A stretch of 64,000 bases of DNA, taken from Synergistales bacterium. GTDB lineage: Bacteria; Synergistota; Synergistia; Synergistales; JAFGMB01. Shown piece after piece: positions 9,842 through 20,171 of this stretch. A model generated the notes under the pieces. It did no database searches. It saw only the letters and a list, made by a program, of their open reading frames with translations, and was not told the origin of the DNA. The position numbers and the translations under genes were made by a program. How positions within the stretch are numbered: the stretch's first letter is position 1; each line of letters opens with the position of its first letter. The stretch covers positions 2,144,001-2,208,000 of the forward strand of contig OY762654.1 in NCBI GenBank assembly GCA_963666205.1, written 5' to 3'.

Positions 9842-10639
9842 CTATTCCTGCAGATCCGCCAGGTTTGTTATGATGGTTCCGGGAGGAAATTTACCTATTG
9901 CATCCACTGCCAGGAAAATTCCAGGGAGATATACTTCGCTTGAAAAATCCTGAACGTTGATCCTGATGATCTCGTCAGTCCGTCCAAGGGTTATCTCGTG
10001 TTCCGAGTAAGGGCCGGGGTAGGGCATCCTCTGGGAAAGAATCTGTACTCTACCTGCACTTCCTCCAAGGACATGGGGTAGAACTTCCATGCTTCTTACA
10101 TTACCGGATTCCCCATGGGCAGCGGATTCTGCAATGGACATGGCAGTCCCGCTGGGAGCATTGGCCATTTTTGAGTGATGACGGTCGATGATGCTTACAT
10201 GGGGGTAATATACGCTCACTTTCTTGAGGAAGTCCATAACGAAGTTCATTCCCAGCCCGAAGTTGGAGATGATCGCCCACCTTGTACCTGCCTCTTCTGC
10301 AAGTGTATGGACTTCATCCATCATTTCATCGTCAAAACCGGTAGTCCCTATTACTGCATTGATCCTGTTCCTGGCGTATATCCTCATGTTATCCATTATG
10401 ATCCTGGCGGAAGTGAAATCGATTACCATATCGGGTTTTAACTGGTCCATAGCATATTCCAGGTCTGAATTACAATACATGCCGATGGGTTCCAGACCGG
10501 CAGCAGCAGCGATATCCAGACCGGTATCGGAACAGTAACCGCCTGCAATCTGATATTTATCGCTCTCTATTATGGTCTTTGTAATGCATCTTCCAACATT
10601 TCCAGTGGTTCCTGAGACGAAGATCTTCATTCTGTCCAC
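9842..10639 (-). CDS. DapB-like (dihydrodipicolinate reductase family) oxidoreductase, divergent active site
   Basis: VIDFT, VIGTTG, SNFGLG and HHSKMANAPSGTA motifs. GTG start with GGAGG RBS. Confidence 0.8.
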   Translation of the reverse strand: MDRMKIFVSGTTGNVGRCITKTIIESDKYQIAGGYCSDTGLDIAAAAGLEPIGMYCNSDLEYAMDQLKPDMVIDFTSARIIMDNMRIYARNRINAVIGTTGFDDEMMDEVHTLAEEAGTRWAIISNFGLGMNFVMDFLKKVSVYYPHVSIIDRHHSKMANAPSGTAMSIAESAAHGESGNVRSMEVLPHVLGGSAGRVQILSQRMPYPGPYSEHEITLGRTDEIIRINVQDFSSEVYLPGIFLAVDAIGKFPPGTIITNLADLQE

Positions 10640-11106
10640 GATACAACCTCCCGAGTGTTAGAGATTTCATGTTTCTCTTGAACTATTCTAGCAGTTACTG
10701 AAATATTTCATCGATATACATGACTGGTGTTATGGAGTGAAATAAAACAATAGAGCCAGGCTTTGAGTACACACGTTCAGGTTTAAATGACAACTGGCCT
10801 GTTCCTGTTGCTTCTTTAGTGGATCTACAGGAAAGAAAAATATAAAAATGTATCCCAGAACTGTCTGGCAAGATCACCAGCTATTCTATGAATGATAATC
10901 TTTATCAACTTGACAGAATAACCCGGGGAGTGTGAAAATGAATTTTATAAGACAACAGGTTCTTAGTTCAGACCGCTGCCACTTCAGAATAATGATATTA
11001 CAGGCCAATTCCGCTCTGCGGAAGGGGTGTTTTTCAGAATAAACCGAATATGGAGCTGCAGGTGAACCGGTGATCCATGCTTTAGACACACCCGGGAGGT
11101 GTTAAT

Positions 11107-11934
11107 ATGCTCAGGATTACTACGCTGGTTGAAAATACAGCGGGGGAGCACCACGCACTTATCAACGAACACGGTATCTCCTTCTATATCGAAAAAGACG
11201 GCCATAAGCTACTGTTCGATACAGGTCAGTCTGATGCCTTCCTCAGAAATGCCACCCAGATGAGAATAGATCTTTCGGATCTTGAATATGTTGTTATAAG
11301 CCACGGACACTACGACCATTCAGGGGGATTCCGCCATATTGCTGATCGAACCAGTTCTTTCAGGTTGAGAGTGGGGCGGGGTTTTTTTGACGAAAAATAT
11401 GCTCTCCGTAACGGTGCCTATGATTTTCTCGGCAACAATTTCGATGAAACCTTTCTTAGAGAACAACGTATTTCCTGGGCTTACTCAACCAGGAAGGTTG
11501 AGGAAATTCTTCCAGGTGTTTTTATCCTTTCATGTTTTTCCCGTTTTCAGGATGATGAAAAGGTCAATTCCAGGTTTCTGATCCGTAAGGATGACATGTT
11601 CGTACAGGATAACTTTGATGATGAGATACTCCTTGCCATTGAAACATCCAGGGGATTGGCAGTTCTGCTCGGATGTTCCCATCCTGGAATGCGGAACATG
11701 CTGGACACCGTAAAAAAACGTCTTGGAAAGCCAATTTATGCGGTGCTTGGTGGGACCCACCTGGTGGAGTCAAAGGGAGGAAGTCTTGACAGGTCTCTGG
11801 AGTATCTTGATGATCCTGAAACCTGTATTGTCGCGGTATCCCACTGTACCGGAGAGGAGGCGATGTCCTTTCTGAAGGAGACGAATAAACGGTTTCTCCA
11901 TAATATAACCGGCACTTCACTGTTCCTCGAGTAG
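11107..11934 (+). CDS. MBL-fold metallo-hydrolase
   Basis: EHG.S, LFDTGQ, SHGHYDHSGG, GCSHPG, GGTHL and HCTG motifs. Confidence 0.9.
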   Translation: MLRITTLVENTAGEHHALINEHGISFYIEKDGHKLLFDTGQSDAFLRNATQMRIDLSDLEYVVISHGHYDHSGGFRHIADRTSSFRLRVGRGFFDEKYALRNGAYDFLGNNFDETFLREQRISWAYSTRKVEEILPGVFILSCFSRFQDDEKVNSRFLIRKDDMFVQDNFDDEILLAIETSRGLAVLLGCSHPGMRNMLDTVKKRLGKPIYAVLGGTHLVESKGGSLDRSLEYLDDPETCIVAVSHCTGEEAMSFLKETNKRFLHNITGTSLFLE

Positions 11935-12012
11935 TTTTCCGGTTTCGCAGAAGCATGCAGATATCTGTTTCTGTGTGTTTCCTGAGAGACACAATAAAAA
12001 GGGGGTTAAACG

Positions 12013-13068
12013 ATGAAGGTGTTCAGAAATGTGTTTCTTGTATTGCTTGTTTCTGCTTTTGTCCTGGGGGCAATGATGCCAGGCCAGTTCGCGGAGGCTG
12101 CAGATGCTCCAAAGAAGATAGTATGGAAATCTTCAGGCCATGGTCCTGCTTCTGATCCTTCCCAGATCTTCCATGACGAGTGCTGCAAGGCCATTACCAA
12201 GGCTTCTGGCGGCCGCATGGAGATAAAGCCCTTTGTGGGTGGCTCAATAGTCCCTGCCTACAAGGAGCTTGATGCTGTTAACGAAGGAGCTCTGCAGATG
12301 TGTTACACCTGCCCCATGTACAACCTTGACAAGTGGTCAGCGGCGGGGCTTATAAGCTCAAGACCCGGAGCTCTTGCAGGAGAGGCCCTTCGTACATGGT
12401 TCAACTATGGCGGCGGTGCAGATCTCATGAACAAGATGATGGGCGGGTACGATGCTCTTACCTTCCCTGGAGCTCTTTCTCCCCTTCCCGAAGAGGTTTT
12501 CTTCCACTCAAAGAAGAAACTTGAAACCCTGGATGATCTCAAATCCCTCAAAGCACGCTGTATGGGCGATGGCGGCGAGATCCTGAAGAGAATGGGAGCT
12601 GCCACCGTAATTATCCCGGGTGGAGAACTCTATGAGGCCATGAAGAGAGGAACCATCGACGCTTTCGAATATTCAACCCTTGCATCCAACTGGAACATGC
12701 ATTTCAATGAAGTTGCCAAGTACGTTTATATTTCTCCCACCCGTGCTCCAAGCGATCCCCAGGTATTCTTCGTGAGCAAATCCGCCTGGGAGGCTCTTCC
12801 TGAAGACCTCAAGCTTCTTGTCCAGACCACAGTAGACAGGTTTACCCAGGCCCAGCATGAATATCTGGTATACGAATCCATCAAGGCTGTTGACAAGTTC
12901 AGGGAAGCCGGTTGCGAGGTCCTGAAGGTTCCCAAGGAGATCGAAGATGCTCTCCTGATCGAGGCGGACAAGTTCTACGAGGAAAAATCTGCAAAAGAGG
13001 GTCCGATTTTCGGTGAGATCTACTATTCGATGAAAGAATACGGAGAAGCCTACAGATCCGTTAAATAA
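12013..13068 (+). CDS. dctP: TRAP transporter solute-binding protein DctP (TakP/FcbT-like)
   Basis: Signal peptide, ASGGRMEI, DLKSLKAR, ELYEAMKRGTIDA, W..LPEDL. Confidence 0.92.
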   Translation: MKVFRNVFLVLLVSAFVLGAMMPGQFAEAADAPKKIVWKSSGHGPASDPSQIFHDECCKAITKASGGRMEIKPFVGGSIVPAYKELDAVNEGALQMCYTCPMYNLDKWSAAGLISSRPGALAGEALRTWFNYGGGADLMNKMMGGYDALTFPGALSPLPEEVFFHSKKKLETLDDLKSLKARCMGDGGEILKRMGAATVIIPGGELYEAMKRGTIDAFEYSTLASNWNMHFNEVAKYVYISPTRAPSDPQVFFVSKSAWEALPEDLKLLVQTTVDRFTQAQHEYLVYESIKAVDKFREAGCEVLKVPKEIEDALLIEADKFYEEKSAKEGPIFGEIYYSMKEYGEAYRSVK

Positions 13069-13100
13069 CTGCGGAAGCAGTCTGGCTCAAGGAGAAAAAC

Positions 13101-13619
13101 ATGTCTGGCTTAAAACGCATACTTGGAATAATTGATTCGATCAGCGAATTATCCGGTTCTGTGGGGAAATGGTTCGCCCTTCTCCTTGTGCTTGCAGGAA
13201 CTTACGAAACTGTTGCCCGGCACTTTTTCAATGCTCCAACCATCTGGGCATATGATGTTCTGTGCATGTCAGGAGGCACCCTTTATTTACTGGGTGCCTC
13301 CTATGACTATCTCCACGATGCCCATACGCGGGTGGACCTTTTCTTCAACATGCTTTCTCCCCGTAAAAAAGCGTTCATGAATGTTATATGCTCACTTCTT
13401 TTTTTCTTCCCCCTTATGATAATCATGTTCAAGCTTGCCTTCACATGGGCAGTACGGGCATGGAAGATCAAGGAAGTGTTCTTTAACAGTTTCTGGTATC
13501 CGCCGGCAGGTCCCTACCGCACAATTTTCGCGATCGGTCTTTTCTTGCTCATCCTTCAGGGGGCAGCCAATTTTATCAGGGATCTCTATTTTGTGATAAG
13601 GGGTGAGACTCTTGATTGA
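13101..13619 (+). CDS. dctQ: TRAP small permease
   Basis: Four TM segments; YETVARHFFNAPTIWA and HTRVD motifs. Confidence 0.9.
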   Translation: MSGLKRILGIIDSISELSGSVGKWFALLLVLAGTYETVARHFFNAPTIWAYDVLCMSGGTLYLLGASYDYLHDAHTRVDLFFNMLSPRKKAFMNVICSLLFFFPLMIIMFKLAFTWAVRAWKIKEVFFNSFWYPPAGPYRTIFAIGLFLLILQGAANFIRDLYFVIRGETLD

Positions 13620-14955
13620 ACTTAGCCCTGAGCTTGTTACTATCTTAATGCTGGGTGGAGTCCTGTTCCTTGTCATGACGGGGTTTCCCATCGCTTTTGT
13701 GATCGGGAGCGTAGCTTTCTTTGTGGGTCTTCTCGTTTTTGGCCCCACTACTACGTTCCACATCCTTTACAGCAGGTTTTACGGTCTTTCACTGAATTAC
13801 CCATATCTGGCGGTGCCTTTATTCACCTTCATGGGGGTTATATTGCAACATTCAGGGGTCACAAAAGATCTTTACGAGTGTCTTTATGAAGCTCTTGGAA
13901 GGCTTCGTGGAGGATTGGCAGTGGTAACTATAATCTTTGGAACCATCCTTGCAGCCTGCCTTGGCGTAATAGCTGCATCGGTAACCATTCTTACCCTTAT
14001 TGCCCTTAACCCTATGATCTCCCGTGGTTATGATAAAGCCCTTGCTTCCGGTTCCATAGTTGCCGCAGGCACTCTTGGTATCCTCATCCCGCCCAGTATA
14101 ATGCTTGTGGTCTATGCCCCTCAGGCGGGGCTTTCCATCGGTCAGATGTTCATGGGCGCCGTTTTCCCCGGGCTCCTTCTTTCTGCGTTCTATATTACCT
14201 ACGTCGTTATTCGGTGTGCCCTGAATCCGGCCATAGGACCGGCGATTCCGGAAGAGCAGATCACTCCCTTTTCCTCCAAAAAGCTTATCCGACTTCTGGT
14301 ATCCCTTGTTCCTCCTCTGCTACTGATAGTGGCTGTTCTGGGGACCATATTTGCTGGTATAGCTCCACCCACGGAGGCGGCGGCTATAGGATGTTCCGCG
14401 GCGATACTCCTGGCAATAGGCTACAGGAAATTCACCTGGAATCTTATCCGGGAGGCATCTCTCCAAACCATGCGGGTAAGTGCCTTTGTTGTTATGATCG
14501 CAGCATTGTGTTATGCATATGTAGGGATCTTCATGAGTGCGGGGGCAGGGGATGTGGTCGCTGATTTTATCCTCTCCGTTCCAGGAGGGAGATGGATGTC
14601 CTTTTTCGTGATCATGGCAATAGTGTTCATGCTCGGCATGTTCATCGAATGGATAGGGATAGTTTTCATAGTTGTTCCCATCTTCTCTCCCATTATAGTA
14701 GCTCTGGGTTTTGATCCCCTCTGGGCGGGGATGATGGTATGTATAAACCTGCAGATGGCCTTCCAGACACCCCCTATGGCCATGTCGATCTTTGTCCTTA
14801 AAGGCACGGCCCCTCCGGAACTTGGTGTTACCATAGGGGACATAATAAGAGGTGTAATTCCTTTCATCCTGATCATTATGGTTGTACTGACACTGTGTGC
14901 CGTATTCCCCGGTATCATAACCTGGCTGCCGGCAAAAATGATCGGGACCTTTTAA
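13603..14955 (+). CDS. dctM: TRAP large permease
   Basis: AVPLFTFMG, GTLGILIPPSI, PTEAAAIG and QTPP motifs. Confidence 0.93.
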   Translation: MRLLIELSPELVTILMLGGVLFLVMTGFPIAFVIGSVAFFVGLLVFGPTTTFHILYSRFYGLSLNYPYLAVPLFTFMGVILQHSGVTKDLYECLYEALGRLRGGLAVVTIIFGTILAACLGVIAASVTILTLIALNPMISRGYDKALASGSIVAAGTLGILIPPSIMLVVYAPQAGLSIGQMFMGAVFPGLLLSAFYITYVVIRCALNPAIGPAIPEEQITPFSSKKLIRLLVSLVPPLLLIVAVLGTIFAGIAPPTEAAAIGCSAAILLAIGYRKFTWNLIREASLQTMRVSAFVVMIAALCYAYVGIFMSAGAGDVVADFILSVPGGRWMSFFVIMAIVFMLGMFIEWIGIVFIVVPIFSPIIVALGFDPLWAGMMVCINLQMAFQTPPMAMSIFVLKGTAPPELGVTIGDIIRGVIPFILIIMVVLTLCAVFPGIITWLPAKMIGTF

Positions 14956-14991
14956 AGAAAAGGATTTTTTCTGAATTGGAGAATAGCACTT

Positions 14992-15035
14992 AAAGATCAG
15001 GGCGCCCAGGTATTACAGGGGCGCCCTGATCTTTT
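14992..15035. terminator. Intrinsic terminator
   Basis: aaagatcagggcgccc ... gggcgccctgatcttt followed by T-rich sequence. Confidence 0.8.
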
Positions 15036-15075
15036 CCTTTTCAGATGAACATCTTCCCTGAAAGAAAAATGACAC

Positions 15076-15510
15076 CTATGAAAAAAGCTTCTTAAGGGCC
15101 AGCAATCCCCCGAGGAAAACACCCTTTCCGACGGTTTCAACAAGTGCTTCTTCATTTTCTGGTGCCGTATCGAATTCTGCAGACCATATTGCCAGGGTAG
15201 TGTCTTCTTCTGTTACAGGTATGAGAGATAAAACGGCGTGATAATTGGTAAGAGCCATGCCGGACTTGAGAATGGTGTAATCACATCGATAATTTACATC
15301 ATCCAGTGCCAGCAGCTTTTCTCTTATGTTATCCCCGTTCACAAGAAAAAAATTGCGTATACAGCCAACAGAATCGGCTGGTCTGTTATCTTCGATCTCG
15401 CTTTTTGCTATTGCAGGATGCCAGGCAGGCAGGCCGTTGAAATCCCTTACCACATCCCAGACCCTGTCAACCGGGGCACAGATAATTGCACTTTCAAAAA
15501 CCTTTGCCAT
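15076..15510 (-). CDS. SRPBCC/polyketide cyclase family protein (MxaD-like)
   Basis: APVDRVWDVVRDFNGLPAWHP, VGCIR and IREKLLALDD motifs. Confidence 0.88.
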   Translation of the reverse strand: MAKVFESAIICAPVDRVWDVVRDFNGLPAWHPAIAKSEIEDNRPADSVGCIRNFFLVNGDNIREKLLALDDVNYRCDYTILKSGMALTNYHAVLSLIPVTEEDTTLAIWSAEFDTAPENEEALVETVGKGVFLGGLLALKKLFS

Positions 15511-15715
15511 AGAGATCCCTCCTGAAGTTTAAAATGCTACTTGATTTATCATATCATCAACTTAAAGAAGAGTCATAATTCTGATGTGGTGGTATAACAT
15601 GTAATATAAAAACGTCAGCTGTAATAAAATCAATTTTCTACCTGGTTCAAGGGTGTGTACATTAAACAGAAGGGATCCTCTGATCCGGGGATAGGAAAAG
15701 AGAGAGGATAGGGTC

Positions 15716-16294
15716 ATGAAAGGACATGTCAGAAAGTTTCATCTGATCGCTCCTATCTATCAGTCTTTCTTTAAATTCCAGGTTCTTTATTATTCAAAGA
15801 TAATAAAAAAACATTTACCGCAATTAACTTCAGAAAGAGAGGGATGTCTCCTTGACCTGGGGTGCGGTACCGGAGCATTCGCATTCAGCTGGCAGAAAGC
15901 AGGGTTTAAAGTCCTTGCTGCAGATGCTGCTCCGGGTATGATCAGACAATGTTTACAAAACGGTCTTGACTGCATTGAACTGGATATTCTTGAGAAGTTA
16001 CCCTTTGCAGATAACAGCTTTAAGATCATTACTGCTGCATACCTTGCCCATGGCCTTACAAAGGAAGAAAGGATTATCCTGTACAGAGAATCATCCAGAG
16101 TTGCGGAAAAACTGGTTGTCTTTCATGATTTCAGTACCAGATTCAACCTGATCATTTCATTTATTGAAGCTCTTGAGGGGAGTCATTATAACGAATTTAT
16201 CAATGCTGTTCCGGATGAGATGGGGATCTGTTTCAGGAATGTCAGAGTGATCCCTGTTAACCCCTGGCATAACTGGTATGTCTGTGAACCGTGA
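15716..16294 (+). CDS. Class I SAM-dependent methyltransferase
   Basis: LLDLGCGTG motif I; LPFADNSF. Confidence 0.88.
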   Translation: MKGHVRKFHLIAPIYQSFFKFQVLYYSKIIKKHLPQLTSEREGCLLDLGCGTGAFAFSWQKAGFKVLAADAAPGMIRQCLQNGLDCIELDILEKLPFADNSFKIITAAYLAHGLTKEERIILYRESSRVAEKLVVFHDFSTRFNLIISFIEALEGSHYNEFINAVPDEMGICFRNVRVIPVNPWHNWYVCEP

Positions 16295-16412
16295 ATTTTA
16301 CACATAATACTCAGGTTCGTGGTCTGTCTTTTCTTTACTTATGCAGTTTGCGGCATCCATGTTTGCTTTATATAATGACACACAATTTCAGAGAGAAGGA
16401 GAATGAGGATTG

Positions 16413-17087
16413 ATGAGTACACAGGAGAGAGGATTTTGCCCATTATCAGGGTACCAGGAGTATTCTCCGGATGAAATGAAGGAACGATCACGTCTTTTCT
16501 ATGAAAATATGAAACGCCGAAGGTCTGTTCGTCACTTTTCCGATCGTGATGTACCAAGGGAAGTTATTGAAAACTGCCTGCTGACAGCATCTACTGCTCC
16601 AAGCGGGGCAAATATGCAGCCCTGGCATTTTGTGGCAGTTTCTGACAAGGCCATGAAAAAACAGATCCGGCATGCTTGCGAGAAAGTCGAGCGGGAGTTT
16701 TATCGCAAACAGGCCGAGCAGGCGTGGGGTAAGGCTTTGGAACATCTGGGAACTAATGCACAGAAACCATTTCTGGAAACAGCTCCTTATTTGATCGCTA
16801 TTTTTGCCCAACCCTACGGGATTTCTCCCGAGGGTGAAAAAATACCACATTATTATGTAACACAATCAGTAGGCCTTGCCACCGGTATGCTCATTTCAGC
16901 CATACATGAGGCAGGGCTGGTCTCTTTGACTTATACCCCGGGTGATACAAGATTCCTGAATGATATGCTCTCCCGCCCTTCCCATGAACAGCCCTTTATG
17001 ATCCTTGTTACAGGTTATCCGGCGGAAGACACGGAAGTGCCTGTTATTAAGAAGAAGAAGCTGGAAGAAATGACCACCTTTATTTAA
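16413..17087 (+). CDS. Iodotyrosine deiodinase-like nitroreductase
   Basis: RRSVRHFS, TAPSGANMQPW, E..E.EFY, LGTN..KPFLETAP, YYV..SVG.A.G and LTYTP motifs. Confidence 0.85.
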   Translation: MSTQERGFCPLSGYQEYSPDEMKERSRLFYENMKRRRSVRHFSDRDVPREVIENCLLTASTAPSGANMQPWHFVAVSDKAMKKQIRHACEKVEREFYRKQAEQAWGKALEHLGTNAQKPFLETAPYLIAIFAQPYGISPEGEKIPHYYVTQSVGLATGMLISAIHEAGLVSLTYTPGDTRFLNDMLSRPSHEQPFMILVTGYPAEDTEVPVIKKKKLEEMTTFI

Positions 17088-17264
17088 TTTTACCATTTGG
17101 GCTTTTATTACCCCGGTTCTGTCGATAGTACTTTGAGGATGATCTGAGAATAAATAATAATAGCCGTTCAGGCAACTCAACCGGTTCTTTCAGTTTTAAG
17201 GGAGTTAACAGTTTTTTTCGTGACTGTAATATAATGCAGACAAACCTTTTTAAGGAGTATCTTA

Positions 17265-17594
17265 ATGAATCCTGATATTTTCCGTAAAAAAGCTAATGAC
17301 ATTGTTGAAGATCTGCCCGTGGATCTTTTTAAACAGCTTAATGGAGGGATCCTTGTCCTTGATGAGAAAAAAGAAGAGGATGACTGCCTTGTAATGGGGG
17401 AGTATATCGAGGATCCCGCCATGGGTAAAAGGATCCTTCTTTACTACGGTTCTTTTGCAGATGACCTGGAGGGTGCGTCTGTTGAGGAGTGGGTTGAGGA
17501 AATAGAGGATACCATACTTCATGAACTCCGTCATCACATCGAATCCCTGGCCGGAGTGGATTATCTTTCCGATGAAGAGATGCAGGAGTCATGA
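17265..17594 (+). CDS. Zincin-like metallopeptidase family protein
   Basis: Short acidic protein with LYYGSF and HELRHH (HExxH). Confidence 0.8.
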   Translation: MNPDIFRKKANDIVEDLPVDLFKQLNGGILVLDEKKEEDDCLVMGEYIEDPAMGKRILLYYGSFADDLEGASVEEWVEEIEDTILHELRHHIESLAGVDYLSDEEMQES

Positions 17595-17650
17595 TATGGC
17601 AGACATGGAAGATCATGTACTCCAGATAAACACAATTAAAAATATCCGGG

Positions 17651-18163
17651 GTGAATGAATTGGAGATCAGGACAAAGATTGAAGGATTTACCATAAGGCG
17701 ATGTACCGTGAAGGATGTTCCCCAGATTCTTGCTTTTATCCAGGAGCTTGCAGATTATGAGGGACTGGGTGATGAGGTGGTAGCTTCGGAGGAGATACTT
17801 GAAGAGTTTCTCTTCGGAACAAAGAGCTATGCCGAGGTCGTCTTTGGATGCATGGATGGTGTTCCTGTAGGTTTTGCCCTTTATTTCCATAATTTTTCAA
17901 CTTTCTTCGGCAGGCCGGGCCTATATCTGGAAGATCTATATGTAAGGCCTGAAATGAGAGGAAGGGGAATGGGGAAAACATTACTGCAGTACCTGGCGAG
18001 GGTTGCCCTTGAAAGAGACTGCAGACGCTTTGAATGGTGTGTTCTGACCTACAATACACCGGCTATTGAATTTTATCGATCCATTGGGGCAAAAGGAATG
18101 GATGAACTGCTGATCAACCGTGTTACCGGCGATGCCCTGAAAGAACTGGCGGGAGATTTATGA
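17651..18163 (+). CDS. GNAT N-acetyltransferase (spermidine/diamine acetyltransferase-like)
   Basis: ELADYE, FSTFFGRPGLYLEDLYV..E.RGRGMG and N.PAIEFY motifs. Confidence 0.92.
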   Translation: MNELEIRTKIEGFTIRRCTVKDVPQILAFIQELADYEGLGDEVVASEEILEEFLFGTKSYAEVVFGCMDGVPVGFALYFHNFSTFFGRPGLYLEDLYVRPEMRGRGMGKTLLQYLARVALERDCRRFEWCVLTYNTPAIEFYRSIGAKGMDELLINRVTGDALKELAGDL

Positions 18164-18241
18164 CAGCGGACCCTTGAAATTACCTGATATCCGGTTATAC
18201 AAAAACGGATATCTTGATAAAAATATCATTTTAAACAACAA

Positions 18242-18274
18242 GAAGGCAGGCCTTTCATTCAAAGGCCTGCCTTC
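18242..18274. terminator. Bidirectional terminator
   Basis: gaaggcaggccttt-cattc-aaaggcctgccttc. Confidence 0.8.
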
Positions 18275-18295
18275 GTTTATTATCAGGATGATCTT

Positions 18296-19120
18296 TTATA
18301 TCCAGGTTATATCAGCCTTATTCCGTTTGGGAATCGTCCTGGCGGGATATTTCGCATAACCGAAGGCCATGGAGTATCCAAGTTCATAACCTTCAGGTAT
18401 TTTCAGATCCTCGAGTATGGAAGGATCGTTAGTAACAGCCATTTTTACCAGTCCCAGCCAGCAGGTACCGATACCGTAAGATTGGGAAAGTATTTCGAAC
18501 CAGGAAAGGGCTATGGTCGAATCGGTCTGGGCAAGTATGTTACCCGAAGGAACTATGGAGAGGATCATCTGGGGAGCTTTACGGGTTATAAGATCCTTGC
18601 CTTCCTTAAAGGCTCTTGCAGCAGTCCTGAAGAAAGGAGTATAGGGGTTTTCCCTGTCCCTTTCAGCTGCGTGTCCCATCCAGGATGCCACTCTGGCTCC
18701 GATATTCTGTACCTTTTCAGGACCATTCAGAATTATCCACTTCACCGGCTGTCGATTGCTTCCGGAAGGAGAATAACGGACAGTATCCATTATCTCCTCC
18801 AGTTTCTCCGGTTCGACAAGTTTTTCCTGGAAAAGCCTTATAGTTCTTCTTGCATAAAGATGATCCTTAAGCTGCTGCGGTCTGACTCTGGAGATACTTT
18901 TGCCCCACAGAGCAGAGTATTCCCCCTCATAGCTTGACGAGACAGCTCCTGTCGGGCAGAATGCCTCGCAATGACCGCATTTCCTGCAGGTATTCAAGGA
19001 TTCTTCTTTAACAAAAGGAACATTGTCTCCTTCCTGAATGATTATCCCTGCAGGGCATACCAGTTTACATAGACCGCAACTGGTACATTTTTCATTGCTG
19101 AAATTTATCATCTGATCCAT
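18296..19120 (-). CDS. Nitroreductase with N-terminal 2x[4Fe-4S] ferredoxin domain
   Basis: CTSCGLCKLVCP and CRKCGHCEAFCP; RRTIR, SPSGSNRQP, GTCWLG. Confidence 0.92.
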   Translation of the reverse strand: MDQMINFSNEKCTSCGLCKLVCPAGIIIQEGDNVPFVKEESLNTCRKCGHCEAFCPTGAVSSSYEGEYSALWGKSISRVRPQQLKDHLYARRTIRLFQEKLVEPEKLEEIMDTVRYSPSGSNRQPVKWIILNGPEKVQNIGARVASWMGHAAERDRENPYTPFFRTAARAFKEGKDLITRKAPQMILSIVPSGNILAQTDSTIALSWFEILSQSYGIGTCWLGLVKMAVTNDPSILEDLKIPEGYELGYSMAFGYAKYPARTIPKRNKADITWI

Positions 19121-19176
19121 TCTCCTCTATCTCTATCTTATCGGGTTTGAATATCCTGAAACATGGACGGAAGATG

Positions 19177-19956
19177 CTATCTTTCCTTCCACTCGGGTTT
19201 CCTTTTTTCAAGAAAGGCTGCTACCCCTTCTTTTGCGTCTTCGGTGGTACATAACCGGGCAAATATTTCGTTCATATAGGCGAACTGTTTTTCATAATCC
19301 ATATCTTCAGAGGCATAGAATGCCTCTTTGGCCATACGCACTGCTATGGGGCTTTTCTGAGCCAGGGCTGCGGCCCAGGTAACTGTTTCTTCGTCCAGTT
19401 GATCCAGAGGGACAACCCTGTTTATCAGTCCAAGGGCAAGGGCTTCCGATGCGGATATCAGGTCACCGTAGAGGAGCATTTCCAGGGCTTTCTTTCGTCC
19501 TACAGATCTGGCAACTGCAACCACCGGCCCTACACAGTTAAGACCCACTTTTATGGCGGTCAGACCCATTCGGGCATCTTCAGAAACAATGGCGAGATCT
19601 GCTGCAGCTAGAAGGCCCATTCCGTTTGCTGCAGCCACACCATGAACCTGGGCTATTACGGGTGTTCTCATTTTTGATATGGTTATAAAGGGTTTCTCCA
19701 TTTTTTCAACCCATTCCCGGTACTCCATGGCGTTCTTGCCGGAAAGCTCCTTAACGTCGATACCGGCGCAGAAGACTTTTCCTGATCCTCTGACTATAAT
19801 TACACGAACATCTCTGTCCAGATCAAATTCCTGAAGGGCATTGTCCAGTTCCCGGGCCATCCGGCCGTCGAAGGTGTTGAGGCTTTCTGGCCTGTTGAGA
19901 GTTATACGGGCGACATGATCTTGCAGGGTTTCCATGATCACTTTTTCATAATTCAT
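19177..19956 (-). CDS. Enoyl-CoA hydratase/isomerase family protein
   Basis: ITLNRPESLN, FCAGID, PVIAQVHG.A and DAKEGVAAFLEKRKP motifs. Confidence 0.92.
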   Translation of the reverse strand: MNYEKVIMETLQDHVARITLNRPESLNTFDGRMARELDNALQEFDLDRDVRVIIVRGSGKVFCAGIDVKELSGKNAMEYREWVEKMEKPFITISKMRTPVIAQVHGVAAANGMGLLAAADLAIVSEDARMGLTAIKVGLNCVGPVVAVARSVGRKKALEMLLYGDLISASEALALGLINRVVPLDQLDEETVTWAAALAQKSPIAVRMAKEAFYASEDMDYEKQFAYMNEIFARLCTTEDAKEGVAAFLEKRKPEWKER

Positions 19957-20171
19957 TCCGGAACCTCCCCGTCTTTACAATAATTATACTGAATACTCAC
20001 CTGGTCTGAAAATCTTTCCTGAAATATCCTTCACCGAAGTTTTTCCACTGAGTCTCTATTGTAAATGCATCCGCACTGCCTTGCCAGGATGGTATATTAA
20101 TCCCAGGGGACAAAATGGTAAAAAAACCGTAAGAAGCTCAAAGGTTATTTACATTTTTGGAGGTAGTGAAG

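Noticed and set aside
16283-16330. Methyltransferase ends ...VCEP-TGA, superficially a CxxU
   Set aside because: No convincing SECIS-like hairpin follows, and the domain appears complete, so it is treated as a normal stop.
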